In this document: piece after piece, positions 40,310 to 48,869 of the stretch | Layout: every line of letters begins with the position of its first letter | Numbering within the stretch: the first letter of the stretch is position 1 | Source: Mycobacterium sp. | GTDB taxonomy: Bacteria > Actinomycetota > Actinomycetes > Mycobacteriales > Mycobacteriaceae | Length of the DNA: 50,498 nucleotides | NCBI RefSeq assembly: GCF_035603715.1 | Contig: NZ_DATNJW010000263.1 | Coordinates: 1 to 50,498 of the forward strand | Reading direction: 5' to 3' | Position numbers and translations under genes: made by a program | Notes under the pieces: generated by a model | Told to the model about the DNA's origin: nothing | The model's database searches: none | The model's input: the letters and a program-made list of their open reading frames with translations, nothing else

Positions 40310-42870
40310 TGAAATCGCTGCGCCCCGGATGGACGTCATTCCGGCGCATCCACCTCGCCGCATTGATCGCCGACTGGCGGCGGACGCTGCTCAGCGCCAT
40401 CGGCGTCGCGCTCGGAGTCACGGTGGTCCTCGGAGTCCTGATACTCAAATCCGAGCTCGCGCGCCCGTTCGACTCATTCGGCCCGTCGCTCACCCATGCC
40501 GCCGGCAGAGGGGTGGTCGAGGTGACCCCGAACGTCAGCGGCCGGTTGCCGATCGCGACAGTCAACCGGCTGCGCGCCGAGGTGGCAGGGGCGGAGGCGG
40601 TCATCCCGGTCGTTGCCGGCTTGGCGCCGGTGGACATTGCGGGCGGCGGTAGCCAGGGGTTCTTTCTGCTCGGCGGGTCGTGCCAGATCGAGCTGCTGGT
40701 CGGCTCGTTCAACTGCGAGCAGCGCGCCCGCGACGTCAAACCCGCAGACGGTCCCGGTGTGCCGCTGGAGGTGCCCACGGCGATTGCCCAGCGGCATGGC
40801 CTACAGCTCGGCGAGGAGCTGCGCATCCCCGGCCTGCCGCCAGGATCGGCGCATTTGGGTTGGACGTTCCCGGAGTTCGACCGCGTCGAGGGCATCAACG
40901 GCGGCTACGTGTTGCTGGCCCCATCCATCGATATCGCCGCGAGCATGCTCGGCTCACCCGGCTACGCAACCGCGGCGTTCGTGCTGCCGCGACGAGGTGC
41001 TGACATCACAGCCGATATCGACCGCGTCACCGCCGGCATTGCCACGGCGGGCGCGCCACGGCCCCATCAACCCGCCATGTTCGAGAACGCCACCCAGAGT
41101 TTCAACCTGACTGTTCTGGCCGGCATCCTGATCGGGTTCCTCGTCGCCGTCAACACCATCCTGTTGGCCATCGAGGACCGGCGAGCGGTGATGGGGACCA
41201 TCGGCGCGATCGGCGCACGGCCGGTCGGCTTGTTCGGTGGCATGCTCGGCGAGGGCGCCGTGGTGGGTGTTCTCGGAGGACTGTTGGGGGTGCCGACGGG
41301 TTTCCTGCTCGGAACGTATCTGGTGGACCGGTTCGGGCACTCGATGCTGGAGGGCTCGGGCGGCACGATCGCAGCGCACTTCACCCCGAGTCTGATTGTG
41401 ATCGGAGCGGCCGCGGGGATCGTCTGCGGAGTTCTCGCGATGACCGGGCCGGCCGTCCGGTTGGTGCGCGAGGGACCGTTAGCGTCGATGGCCAGCGTCG
41501 GTGGGATACAGCGCGCCAGGACAATCCCGATGTGGCCGTTGTTCGCCGGAGCGGGCGCGCTGGTGGCCTCCGTCGTCGTGCTGAAGATCTTCGAGCGCGG
41601 GTCACTGCCGCTGAACGTGGGCATCTACGGCATGACAGTGGGGTTATGCGGCGTTGTGTTGGTGACGGCGTGGCTGGCCCCGCGCGGCGCGGGGCTGGCG
41701 ATCAGGCTGCTGACGATCGCGCATCCGGCCGTCGGGCGTTTGCTGGGAGCCGACGTGCGGCGCTATTCCGTGTTGTTCGCACTCTCCGCCGCGCTACTGG
41801 CGCAGGGCGCCAGCTCGGCCATCAGCTCACACGGCATGCAGCTGCTCAGCACCAGGCAGATCGCGGACGAGCAGGCCGACCACCTGCCCGGCTCCTTGTT
41901 GATCGCCGCGCAGTCGGTGCTCGACCAGCGGGATAGCCAGATCGCCGATACCACATTCGACCTGGTGACCCGAGCCGCCGACGGGCGCAGCGTGACGTCG
42001 CGCTGGCGATCGACGATCGGGTCGGGGACGCTGTCGCGGTTGGTCGTCGGCGTCACGCCGGGAGACTGGTACAGCACGGCGCTGTATCAGCCGACCGATT
42101 CCCGTGACAAGTTCTGGCCGGGCCTGCGGGATGGCGAGGTCGGCCTGAGCGAGATTGCGGCCGGCCGGCTCGGCGTCGCGCAGGGCGGCACCGTCGAACT
42201 GCCGACCGTTGCAGGGCCGAAGCGATACCGGGTCGCTGGAGTCTTTCATCCACGGATGGTGAACGACGCCGCCGTGGGCGACATGGTGCTGGTCTCAGAC
42301 AGATTGGCGCGTGCGGATTGGGCCGCCGTGCGCGACCAGATCGCGGTGGCCTACCCGTCCGCCGCCGTCGCGACCGCCCACCGCAGCGATTTCGTCAACC
42401 TCGGCGCCGGATTGCGGGTGTACGACAACCAGCAGTGGCGCTCGGAGGCCGCCAACGGGATCACCCGATTCCTAAGGCCGTTCACGATCTCGGGCTACGT
42501 CGTGATGGCAGCCGCCGGCTTGAGCCTGCTGAACGTGTTCGTGCTCGGACTTGTACAGCGCAAGCGTGAGCGGGCCGCATTGCGGGCGATCGGGATGACC
42601 TCGGGGCAGGAACAGGCGGTGATCATCGCTAACGCGGGCCTGCTCGGCGTGCTGGTCGGGGGCGTTGCGGTGCTTGGGGGCGTGGGCCTCACGTATCTCT
42701 GGTCGCTGGGCTCACCGGTGTTCTACGGCATCAAAATCGAATGGGGTGTATCGCCTGTGCCGCTCGGAACCGGTGTGGCGGCCGTCTTCGTGCTCGTCCT
42801 CATCGCCGCCATGTACCCGCTGCTACATGCGCGGCGGCTAGAGGCGGTCGAGGTGCTGCGAACCAGTTGA
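40306..42870 (+). CDS. FtsX/MacB-like ABC permease (two repeats)
   Basis: RTLLSAIGVALGV first TM, large extracytoplasmic loops, two FtsX-like units (NTILLAIEDRR...IGA; NVFVLGLVQRKRE.A.LRAIG); ATGA coupling. Confidence 0.88.
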   Translation: MMKSLRPGWTSFRRIHLAALIADWRRTLLSAIGVALGVTVVLGVLILKSELARPFDSFGPSLTHAAGRGVVEVTPNVSGRLPIATVNRLRAEVAGAEAVIPVVAGLAPVDIAGGGSQGFFLLGGSCQIELLVGSFNCEQRARDVKPADGPGVPLEVPTAIAQRHGLQLGEELRIPGLPPGSAHLGWTFPEFDRVEGINGGYVLLAPSIDIAASMLGSPGYATAAFVLPRRGADITADIDRVTAGIATAGAPRPHQPAMFENATQSFNLTVLAGILIGFLVAVNTILLAIEDRRAVMGTIGAIGARPVGLFGGMLGEGAVVGVLGGLLGVPTGFLLGTYLVDRFGHSMLEGSGGTIAAHFTPSLIVIGAAAGIVCGVLAMTGPAVRLVREGPLASMASVGGIQRARTIPMWPLFAGAGALVASVVVLKIFERGSLPLNVGIYGMTVGLCGVVLVTAWLAPRGAGLAIRLLTIAHPAVGRLLGADVRRYSVLFALSAALLAQGASSAISSHGMQLLSTRQIADEQADHLPGSLLIAAQSVLDQRDSQIADTTFDLVTRAADGRSVTSRWRSTIGSGTLSRLVVGVTPGDWYSTALYQPTDSRDKFWPGLRDGEVGLSEIAAGRLGVAQGGTVELPTVAGPKRYRVAGVFHPRMVNDAAVGDMVLVSDRLARADWAAVRDQIAVAYPSAAVATAHRSDFVNLGAGLRVYDNQQWRSEAANGITRFLRPFTISGYVVMAAAGLSLLNVFVLGLVQRKRERAALRAIGMTSGQEQAVIIANAGLLGVLVGGVAVLGGVGLTYLWSLGSPVFYGIKIEWGVSPVPLGTGVAAVFVLVLIAAMYPLLHARRLEAVEVLRTS

Positions 42871-44190
42871 CAGTTGGCCGTGGACCTCATGGTGCAGTCG
42901 CGGAATGTCGTCGTTCGCGTGCCGGAAGCGGTGTAGGTGTTCCCGAATCGCGGGGCTCGACATGGCCTCGAAGTCGTTACGCGGCAATGTCATTTGAAAG
43001 AGCAGTCCGCCATCGGACCCTTCCACCAGGACGCCGACTCCGGCAAAGGGAATGTTCATCACCGGCGCGCAGAAGACCGTGAAGGCGCCTTCGAACTGGA
43101 TCCGATAAACGCCGAATCCGGTCCAGTTCGTGATAAGCGGGTTCCACTGGACCGGATTGAAGCTGGCCGCTACACAGCGGGCGCCCCGCCATGTACCGGC
43201 TGCGTCCAGAAACTTCTGGTTGATGCGCATGTCGCAGTGCTCGCCGGCAAAGGTATCCACGTGATGGCGGATGCGTTCGGCAATCGAACGTGCACCCTCT
43301 CCGCGTCGTAGGTCGACGTTTAACGCTGTGACGATATTTCCGACCAGCATCGGATCCAGGCCACACTGATTCCGCACATTCACGGCGATCGCGAGCGTGC
43401 GACGATCCACGGCGGGATCCGCGCTCATGAGCGCCTCGGAAACATGCGCGCACACAACGTCGTTCGCAGACAATCGCATCCGGCTTCCGTAATACTCGCG
43501 CATGCGGGCGATTTCGTCTTCCCCGTAATACAGACTCAGAGTCCGCTGCTTTCGCGCATCCCTTGCCATGTAGAGCGCGCTTCGTGCAATCTCTGCGAGC
43601 GAAAGGCAACGTACCCCGGGCTCCCGAGCGCCATCGGCAGGGAGATGTGCGTCGAGGTAGGCAGCGCGGTCTTCCACGATCAACGGGTCAGCCAGTGGCT
43701 TGTCGGCCGCGGCGGCGGCCCACGCATTCATGAAATGCATAGCCGTTTGCATGTCACCGATCGCGTGATGCCATGAGAAACCGATGGCGGTCGCGTTGTC
43801 CGCAAGATGCGTGACACGTACCTTGCACAGCGGGCCGAATCCCCAACGCGCCGTGGCGCCGTTCACGGGATCGATGAGCCAGCCTCCGCGGTCCTCCTGC
43901 ACCGAATGGATCGCCTCACGGATTGTGCTTCCTGACGACACAGATGTGAAGGGCACACCCTGTCCCTTGCATCGGATTCGCATCTTGCCGCGGGCCAAGG
44001 CGATTCGCCCGGCGAACATCGGAAGGCTGGTGAGAGCGTGTGCGAATGCGCCGGCGAGCGCCTCCCTATCGAGACGTCGCTCAAAGAAGAAGACCAGGTG
44101 CACCGCCACGTTCGAGAGGGCGACGTCACCGACGTTGCAACGGATTTCGAACCGGTGTGGGTGCGACGGGCTGATCAGCTGGGTTGACAT
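42838..44190 (-). CDS. CoA-dependent acyltransferase, BAHD/transferase-like
   Basis: LVFFF...LPMFAGRI, CKGQGVPF, KVRVT, HxxxD motif WHHAIGD, SANDVVCAH, AVNVR, VGN, ITNW..F.VY.IQF (degenerate DFGWG region). Confidence 0.78.
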   Translation of the reverse strand: MSTQLISPSHPHRFEIRCNVGDVALSNVAVHLVFFFERRLDREALAGAFAHALTSLPMFAGRIALARGKMRIRCKGQGVPFTSVSSGSTIREAIHSVQEDRGGWLIDPVNGATARWGFGPLCKVRVTHLADNATAIGFSWHHAIGDMQTAMHFMNAWAAAAADKPLADPLIVEDRAAYLDAHLPADGAREPGVRCLSLAEIARSALYMARDARKQRTLSLYYGEDEIARMREYYGSRMRLSANDVVCAHVSEALMSADPAVDRRTLAIAVNVRNQCGLDPMLVGNIVTALNVDLRRGEGARSIAERIRHHVDTFAGEHCDMRINQKFLDAAGTWRGARCVAASFNPVQWNPLITNWTGFGVYRIQFEGAFTVFCAPVMNIPFAGVGVLVEGSDGGLLFQMTLPRNDFEAMSSPAIREHLHRFRHANDDIPRLHHEVHGQLSTGSQHLDRL

Positions 44191-44197
44191 AGTGTGG

Positions 44198-45538
44198 CTA
44201 CTTTCGGCGGCTGACGACTACGCGGCCGCCGAGTCTTGGGGCATAGGCGACTCCCCGGAAATGCGACTTCTCGTCGGCGGCGGCATCGGTGTGGATCCGG
44301 AAACTCTGCAGTACCGTCCGCAGCACGACGTCCATTTCGGCGATCGCGAAATCAGACCCGATGCAGCGGCGTGCTCCGCTTCCGAACGCCAGCCATGCGG
44401 GTGCCGGATGATTGGTGTCCAGAAAGCGGGTCGGGTCGAAACGCTCGGGATGAGGAAAGACTTCCGGATTCTCGTGCAGATCGGCAAGACTCACAAACAC
44501 GTTGCGACTGTGCGGGATTCGCCACGCGCCCAGATCGAAGTGCGGTGCATTGACCCGTCTGCCGGGATAATCGATGATGGTGCGAATCCGCAGCAACTCC
44601 AATATCGTCGCGCGACGGAAGTCGCTTCCTCCCGCATCAACCTCTCCGGCCAGTTCGGCCAGCACGTCTGGGTGGCGCCGCAACCGTTCAAACGCCCAGG
44701 TAAGTGCGGATGCTGTGGTTTCGTGACCGGCGCCGATGAGGGTCACAAGTTCGTCGCAGATTTCCGCCCGCGACATCCCGCTTCCATCGGCATGCCTGCT
44801 GCGCAGCAACAGTGCCAGGATGTCGGTCCGCTCGCCGAGTGCCGGATCGGCCTCGGCCCTGTCGATCAGCGTCAATACGATGCGGTCGAAGTCCTCCCGG
44901 ATCTTGTCCAGCTTGTTCCACGGGCTGTAGCGACGAGTCCGGAATTTCGGCGCCGGCATCAACTTCGCCAGGACCGATCCGCGTTTTGTGAAACGTGTGA
45001 CGATCTCACGCAGTTCCTCTAGCTCGCCGCCGTCAGCGCCGAAGATGGTCCGCAAGATCACGTTCAAGGTGATCCTGTGCATCGGTTCGAGAATCCGGAA
45101 CTCTTTATTTTCAGGCCAATTTGCGCTTTCACGCAGTGTCTCGTCGGCAATAATCGCCTCGTGATTCTTCAGACTCCGACCGTGGAGAGCCGGTGCGAGG
45201 AGCCGGCGCCGATCGTGATGACGACTGCCCTCAAGGGCAAATATCGACCCGGGGCCAAAAAAGCTGCTCAGATTCAGTTGATAATTGGTCAGTCGTTCCG
45301 CGTCCGCGGTGCACACCGACTTCACCAGAGCCGGGTCGGAAATGGCGACGCATTGGCCAAAGAATGGGACGTTGAACTCGAAGATGCGTCCATGTCGCTT
45401 GATCCAATACCGCATCGCTCCGCGGCGAAATAGGGTTAATCCAACGCCCTGAACGAGCTTGGGTAAGCGAACCCGCGGCGGGTTCAACCTGGTCGGCGTC
45501 GATGTTTCGTACGCGTCGGCCATGGCTGGACAGGTCAT
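44198..45538 (-). CDS. Cytochrome P450 (CYP138-like)
   Basis: AGHETT I-helix, ELLR (ExxR), FDPTRF, heme motif FGSGARRCIG. Confidence 0.92.
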   Translation of the reverse strand: MTCPAMADAYETSTPTRLNPPRVRLPKLVQGVGLTLFRRGAMRYWIKRHGRIFEFNVPFFGQCVAISDPALVKSVCTADAERLTNYQLNLSSFFGPGSIFALEGSRHHDRRRLLAPALHGRSLKNHEAIIADETLRESANWPENKEFRILEPMHRITLNVILRTIFGADGGELEELREIVTRFTKRGSVLAKLMPAPKFRTRRYSPWNKLDKIREDFDRIVLTLIDRAEADPALGERTDILALLLRSRHADGSGMSRAEICDELVTLIGAGHETTASALTWAFERLRRHPDVLAELAGEVDAGGSDFRRATILELLRIRTIIDYPGRRVNAPHFDLGAWRIPHSRNVFVSLADLHENPEVFPHPERFDPTRFLDTNHPAPAWLAFGSGARRCIGSDFAIAEMDVVLRTVLQSFRIHTDAAADEKSHFRGVAYAPRLGGRVVVSRRK

Positions 45539-45615
45539 GCGGTCCCCTAAACTCCGATGTTTCTTGGAATCTCGTGCTCGGCGAGTGCTCGTATACCGAG
45601 CCAGGTGTCAAGGGA

Positions 45616-45661
45616 ATCGTCGCTGGCGTGCCGTAGAAGGACGGCAGTACCGCACCACTGC
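45616..45661 (-). promoter_or_regulatory. Cluster operator GCAGTG-gtgcgg-TACTGC + 22 bp + GACGAT (promoter of the P450-acyltransferase operon)
   Basis: Site at 45644-45661. Flanks GGAATCGTCGCTGGC and CCACTGCAATC resemble a more diverged third copy of the repeat. Confidence 0.7.
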
Positions 45662-45690
45662 AATCTCGCCCGGTCTGGGCGGGGGATTTC

Positions 45691-48600
45691 TCAGATGCGA
45701 TCGATCATCGCGTTCGCCCAGTCGATGTGTCCTTCGAAGCCAAGCGATTCCGCCATCGCGCGATAGCGATTCACCAAGTCGCGGTGGGCAACGTCGTCGC
45801 CGCGGGCCCGGGCCAGCAGCGCGCGTAGCCGCAGCAGCGTGATCTCGATAATCGCCGAGCCGTGGTCCGGCAGGTTTGCCAGCCAGTCGGTCGCCTCTTG
45901 GGCTTCCGCCAAATCGCCCTCGGCGCCACGCTCCAGTAGCGCCTCCACCAGAATGCGGGTGCCGAAAACGTCATACCCGACCTGTCCCGCCTGGTGCAGC
46001 ACGTCGAGGGCATTGCGCATCACCGGAATGGCAGCGTCACTTTCGCCGCGCCTGGCCCTCTCCTGTGCGGCCAACAACTCGGTGAGCGGCACCAGGTTCG
46101 GCATACGCTCTGGCTGCCACGCGCGGGCCTGCATCGTCAGCTCCAGCCCGCGGTGACGGTCGGTCGCTTCGTCCCGATACAGCAGCGCGACACCCAGCGT
46201 GTACTCGGCGAAGATGAGTGCGATATCGCTGCTGGCCCTTCGGGCGGTCTGCACCGCCTCCTCGAGTGCGCGCATCGCGGAGTCATCGGCCCGAAGCACG
46301 CCGTACGGTATTGCCCCGTAGGTCCAGGTGACGACAACGCCGAGGGTTGCCGGGTCGCTGTTTCGGGCCATCGCGACGGCGTCGTGGAGGTCCTGCCGCC
46401 ACCCGGGACGGCCCAGCCACCACCGAGCGACGCAGCGAAATGCCAACCCGATCGCCAGCGGTGATCCCACGCCGAAGCCGGCGCCCTTGGCGGGGTCTCC
46501 GGCGGCCAGGTCGACGACAGTCTGTGACCACCGCAGGATCTCGCCGAACTCGCCGCTCTCGAACCAGTTGGAGAACGCTACGAACGCCAACCCTACGGTC
46601 AAGTTGGGATCGCCGATCGACTCGAGCAGCGCCATCTGTTCGGATGCCAGCCGCGACCCCTCGCGCGCGCGCCCGGCGAACATGAGCTCGGTGGCGGGCC
46701 CGCTCATGGCGATGGCCAGCGAGACCTTGTCCCCGGCCGCGCTGCACAACTCTCGGAGCTCCGTGAATCGGCCCCGGCTTTCGTGGATTGCTCGGGCTTG
46801 CCAGTCGGTCGCGCACAGCATGGTGCGGGGGGCGATGCGCATCGATAATTGGCCGGGGTCGTCGCCCGGTAGTGCGTCGGCGATTTGCCGTGCCCGCTCC
46901 CAGCTGACCCGGGCGGCGCCGATATCGCGGTCGGCTGACCGTGCGGCGGAGCGCATGTGCCAGCCATACGCCGCGTGCAGCTCGCCCGCGGCCTGCAGAT
47001 GTTCAGCGATCAGTGCCGCGTTGTCCTCCACCGACTCCGGCTCAGACTCTTCGATCGCTGCTGCCAGGCGCCGGTGCCATTCGGCCCGATCGGATTTCAG
47101 CTGCGATTCGTAGGCCACCGCGCGGATCAGCGCGTGTCGGAAGGCGTACTCGGCGCTCGGGGTGAACCGCACCTGATCGATCAGCTCAGCACTGAGCAGC
47201 TCATCGAACACCGCATCTATCCCCAGCGCGGCGAGCAAATCCGTCCCGAAGCGTGCTCCGACCACCGCCGCCGCGTTCAACGTCCGCTTGGCCGGGGCCT
47301 GCAGCCGGTCGATGCGCGCCTCGATGGCTGCCTGCACCGTGGCCGGCACGCTCACCTCGGCGACATCCGTGCGACAGACGTAGTCGCCGCGCTCACCGGC
47401 CAGCACCCCGCGCTGCACTAACTCGCGCACCATCTCTTCGGCGAAAAACGGGTTGCCGGCGGCCCGCTCGGCGATGATCGCCGCCAGCTCGCCGACCGAG
47501 GGATCCGACCCCAGCAGCTCAACCAGGAGCGCCACAGTGTCCGAATCAGCCAGTGGGGCAAGCGCTATCGCCTGCGCGCCGGCCACCCGAGTCAGATCTC
47601 CTTTGTATTCGGGGCGAGACGTGATCAGCACCATCGACGGAGTGCGCGGAATGACTGTGAGGAACTCGGCCAGCATCGACTCACTCACCGCATCGATCCA
47701 GTGCGCATCCTCGATTACGTAGAGCGCCGGTTCGGTGCGCGCCAGTGACGCGGCGTTGATCATCGCGGTCAACCGGCGTCGCCGCGCGTCCGGGTCGATC
47801 TGGGGCAGCGGCACATCGGGGTCGGCGATGCCGAGCAGATCATCAAACAGCAGCAGATCCTGCGGGTCGGCATCGGGCACACGAGCTCGCACCCGCATCC
47901 TGGCGGCTTCGCGGTTGAGGTCCGCCACGCCGGTGCCCGCGCGCAGCAGCTGGGCCACGACGTGGAAGGGAATGTCGCCGGCATGTGACTCGCAGAAGGC
48001 CCAAAAGACGTCGACCCCGCGACTGGCCGCCAGCGCCGCGGCCTCCCGGGCCGCCCGGCTTTTGCCGATGCCCGGCGGTCCCACCACGTTCACCACACCA
48101 CCGCGGCCACCGAACGCGCGCTCCACCATGGCATCGAGCGCCGCGATCTCCCAGCCCCGACCGACCAGGCCGACCTCGGCGCGACCGGACTGACCATCGC
48201 GCGGGCCGATCGCCACCAACCGGCGTACCGACACCGGTTCGTCGGCCCCCTTGATGCGCACCCACTCCGGTTCACCCAGTGTCACGGTGTGCTCGACCAG
48301 CCGCGCGGTCGACTCCGACAGCATCACCCCGCCGGGGGGCGCCACCGACTCCATCCGCTGGGCAAACCCGACCGATTCGCCGGTCGCGGCGTAGCCCAGC
48401 GATCCCGAACCGATCTCACCGGCAATCACCCGACCCGAATTCAGGCCCACCCGCACGCGAAGGTCGACACCGTCGCGGCGCTGTACTTCGGCCGCCAACC
48501 GGTTCGCCTCGTCCTGGATGGCCAATGCAGCCAGGCAGCCCCGAAAAGCATGATCCTCCAACGCGATCGGGGCACCGAAGATTCCCATCACCCCATCTCC

Positions 48601-48864
48601 GGTGGACTCCACCGTCCCGCCGCCGTAGCGCTGAACCACCGTCGCCGAGCGCTCCACCAACTCGGTCATGACCTCGCGATACCGCTCCATCTCCAGCGCG
48701 GCAGCGAGGTCCATTGAGCGCACCACATCGGCGAAGAGCACCGTCACCTGCTTGTACTGCGCCGTATCGCTCGAAGCCGTAGTCGGGGCACCGCATTCGT
48801 CGCAGAACTTGGCCTTTTCGCGCAAGCCGGTGCCGCACGACCCACACGTCATACCCATCGTCAT
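45691..48864 (-). CDS. Zinc-ribbon + class III nucleotidyl cyclase + AAA ATPase + TPR-like protein
   Basis: CGSCG...FCDECG; VTVLFADV, TGDG, RVGLNSG; LVGR, Walker A GPPGIGKS, IEDAHW, GNPFF, FRHALIRAVAYE. ATG at 48864 with a GAGGA RBS. Confidence 0.9.
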   Translation of the reverse strand: MTMGMTCGSCGTGLREKAKFCDECGAPTTASSDTAQYKQVTVLFADVVRSMDLAAALEMERYREVMTELVERSATVVQRYGGGTVESTGDGVMGIFGAPIALEDHAFRGCLAALAIQDEANRLAAEVQRRDGVDLRVRVGLNSGRVIAGEIGSGSLGYAATGESVGFAQRMESVAPPGGVMLSESTARLVEHTVTLGEPEWVRIKGADEPVSVRRLVAIGPRDGQSGRAEVGLVGRGWEIAALDAMVERAFGGRGGVVNVVGPPGIGKSRAAREAAALAASRGVDVFWAFCESHAGDIPFHVVAQLLRAGTGVADLNREAARMRVRARVPDADPQDLLLFDDLLGIADPDVPLPQIDPDARRRRLTAMINAASLARTEPALYVIEDAHWIDAVSESMLAEFLTVIPRTPSMVLITSRPEYKGDLTRVAGAQAIALAPLADSDTVALLVELLGSDPSVGELAAIIAERAAGNPFFAEEMVRELVQRGVLAGERGDYVCRTDVAEVSVPATVQAAIEARIDRLQAPAKRTLNAAAVVGARFGTDLLAALGIDAVFDELLSAELIDQVRFTPSAEYAFRHALIRAVAYESQLKSDRAEWHRRLAAAIEESEPESVEDNAALIAEHLQAAGELHAAYGWHMRSAARSADRDIGAARVSWERARQIADALPGDDPGQLSMRIAPRTMLCATDWQARAIHESRGRFTELRELCSAAGDKVSLAIAMSGPATELMFAGRAREGSRLASEQMALLESIGDPNLTVGLAFVAFSNWFESGEFGEILRWSQTVVDLAAGDPAKGAGFGVGSPLAIGLAFRCVARWWLGRPGWRQDLHDAVAMARNSDPATLGVVVTWTYGAIPYGVLRADDSAMRALEEAVQTARRASSDIALIFAEYTLGVALLYRDEATDRHRGLELTMQARAWQPERMPNLVPLTELLAAQERARRGESDAAIPVMRNALDVLHQAGQVGYDVFGTRILVEALLERGAEGDLAEAQEATDWLANLPDHGSAIIEITLLRLRALLARARGDDVAHRDLVNRYRAMAESLGFEGHIDWANAMIDRI

Positions 48865-48869
48865 CGGCA

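Noticed and set aside
43784-45022. 412-aa plus-strand ORF
   Set aside because: Antisense shadow of the P450 and acyltransferase genes; no recognisable motifs; long shadow ORFs are expected at this GC content.
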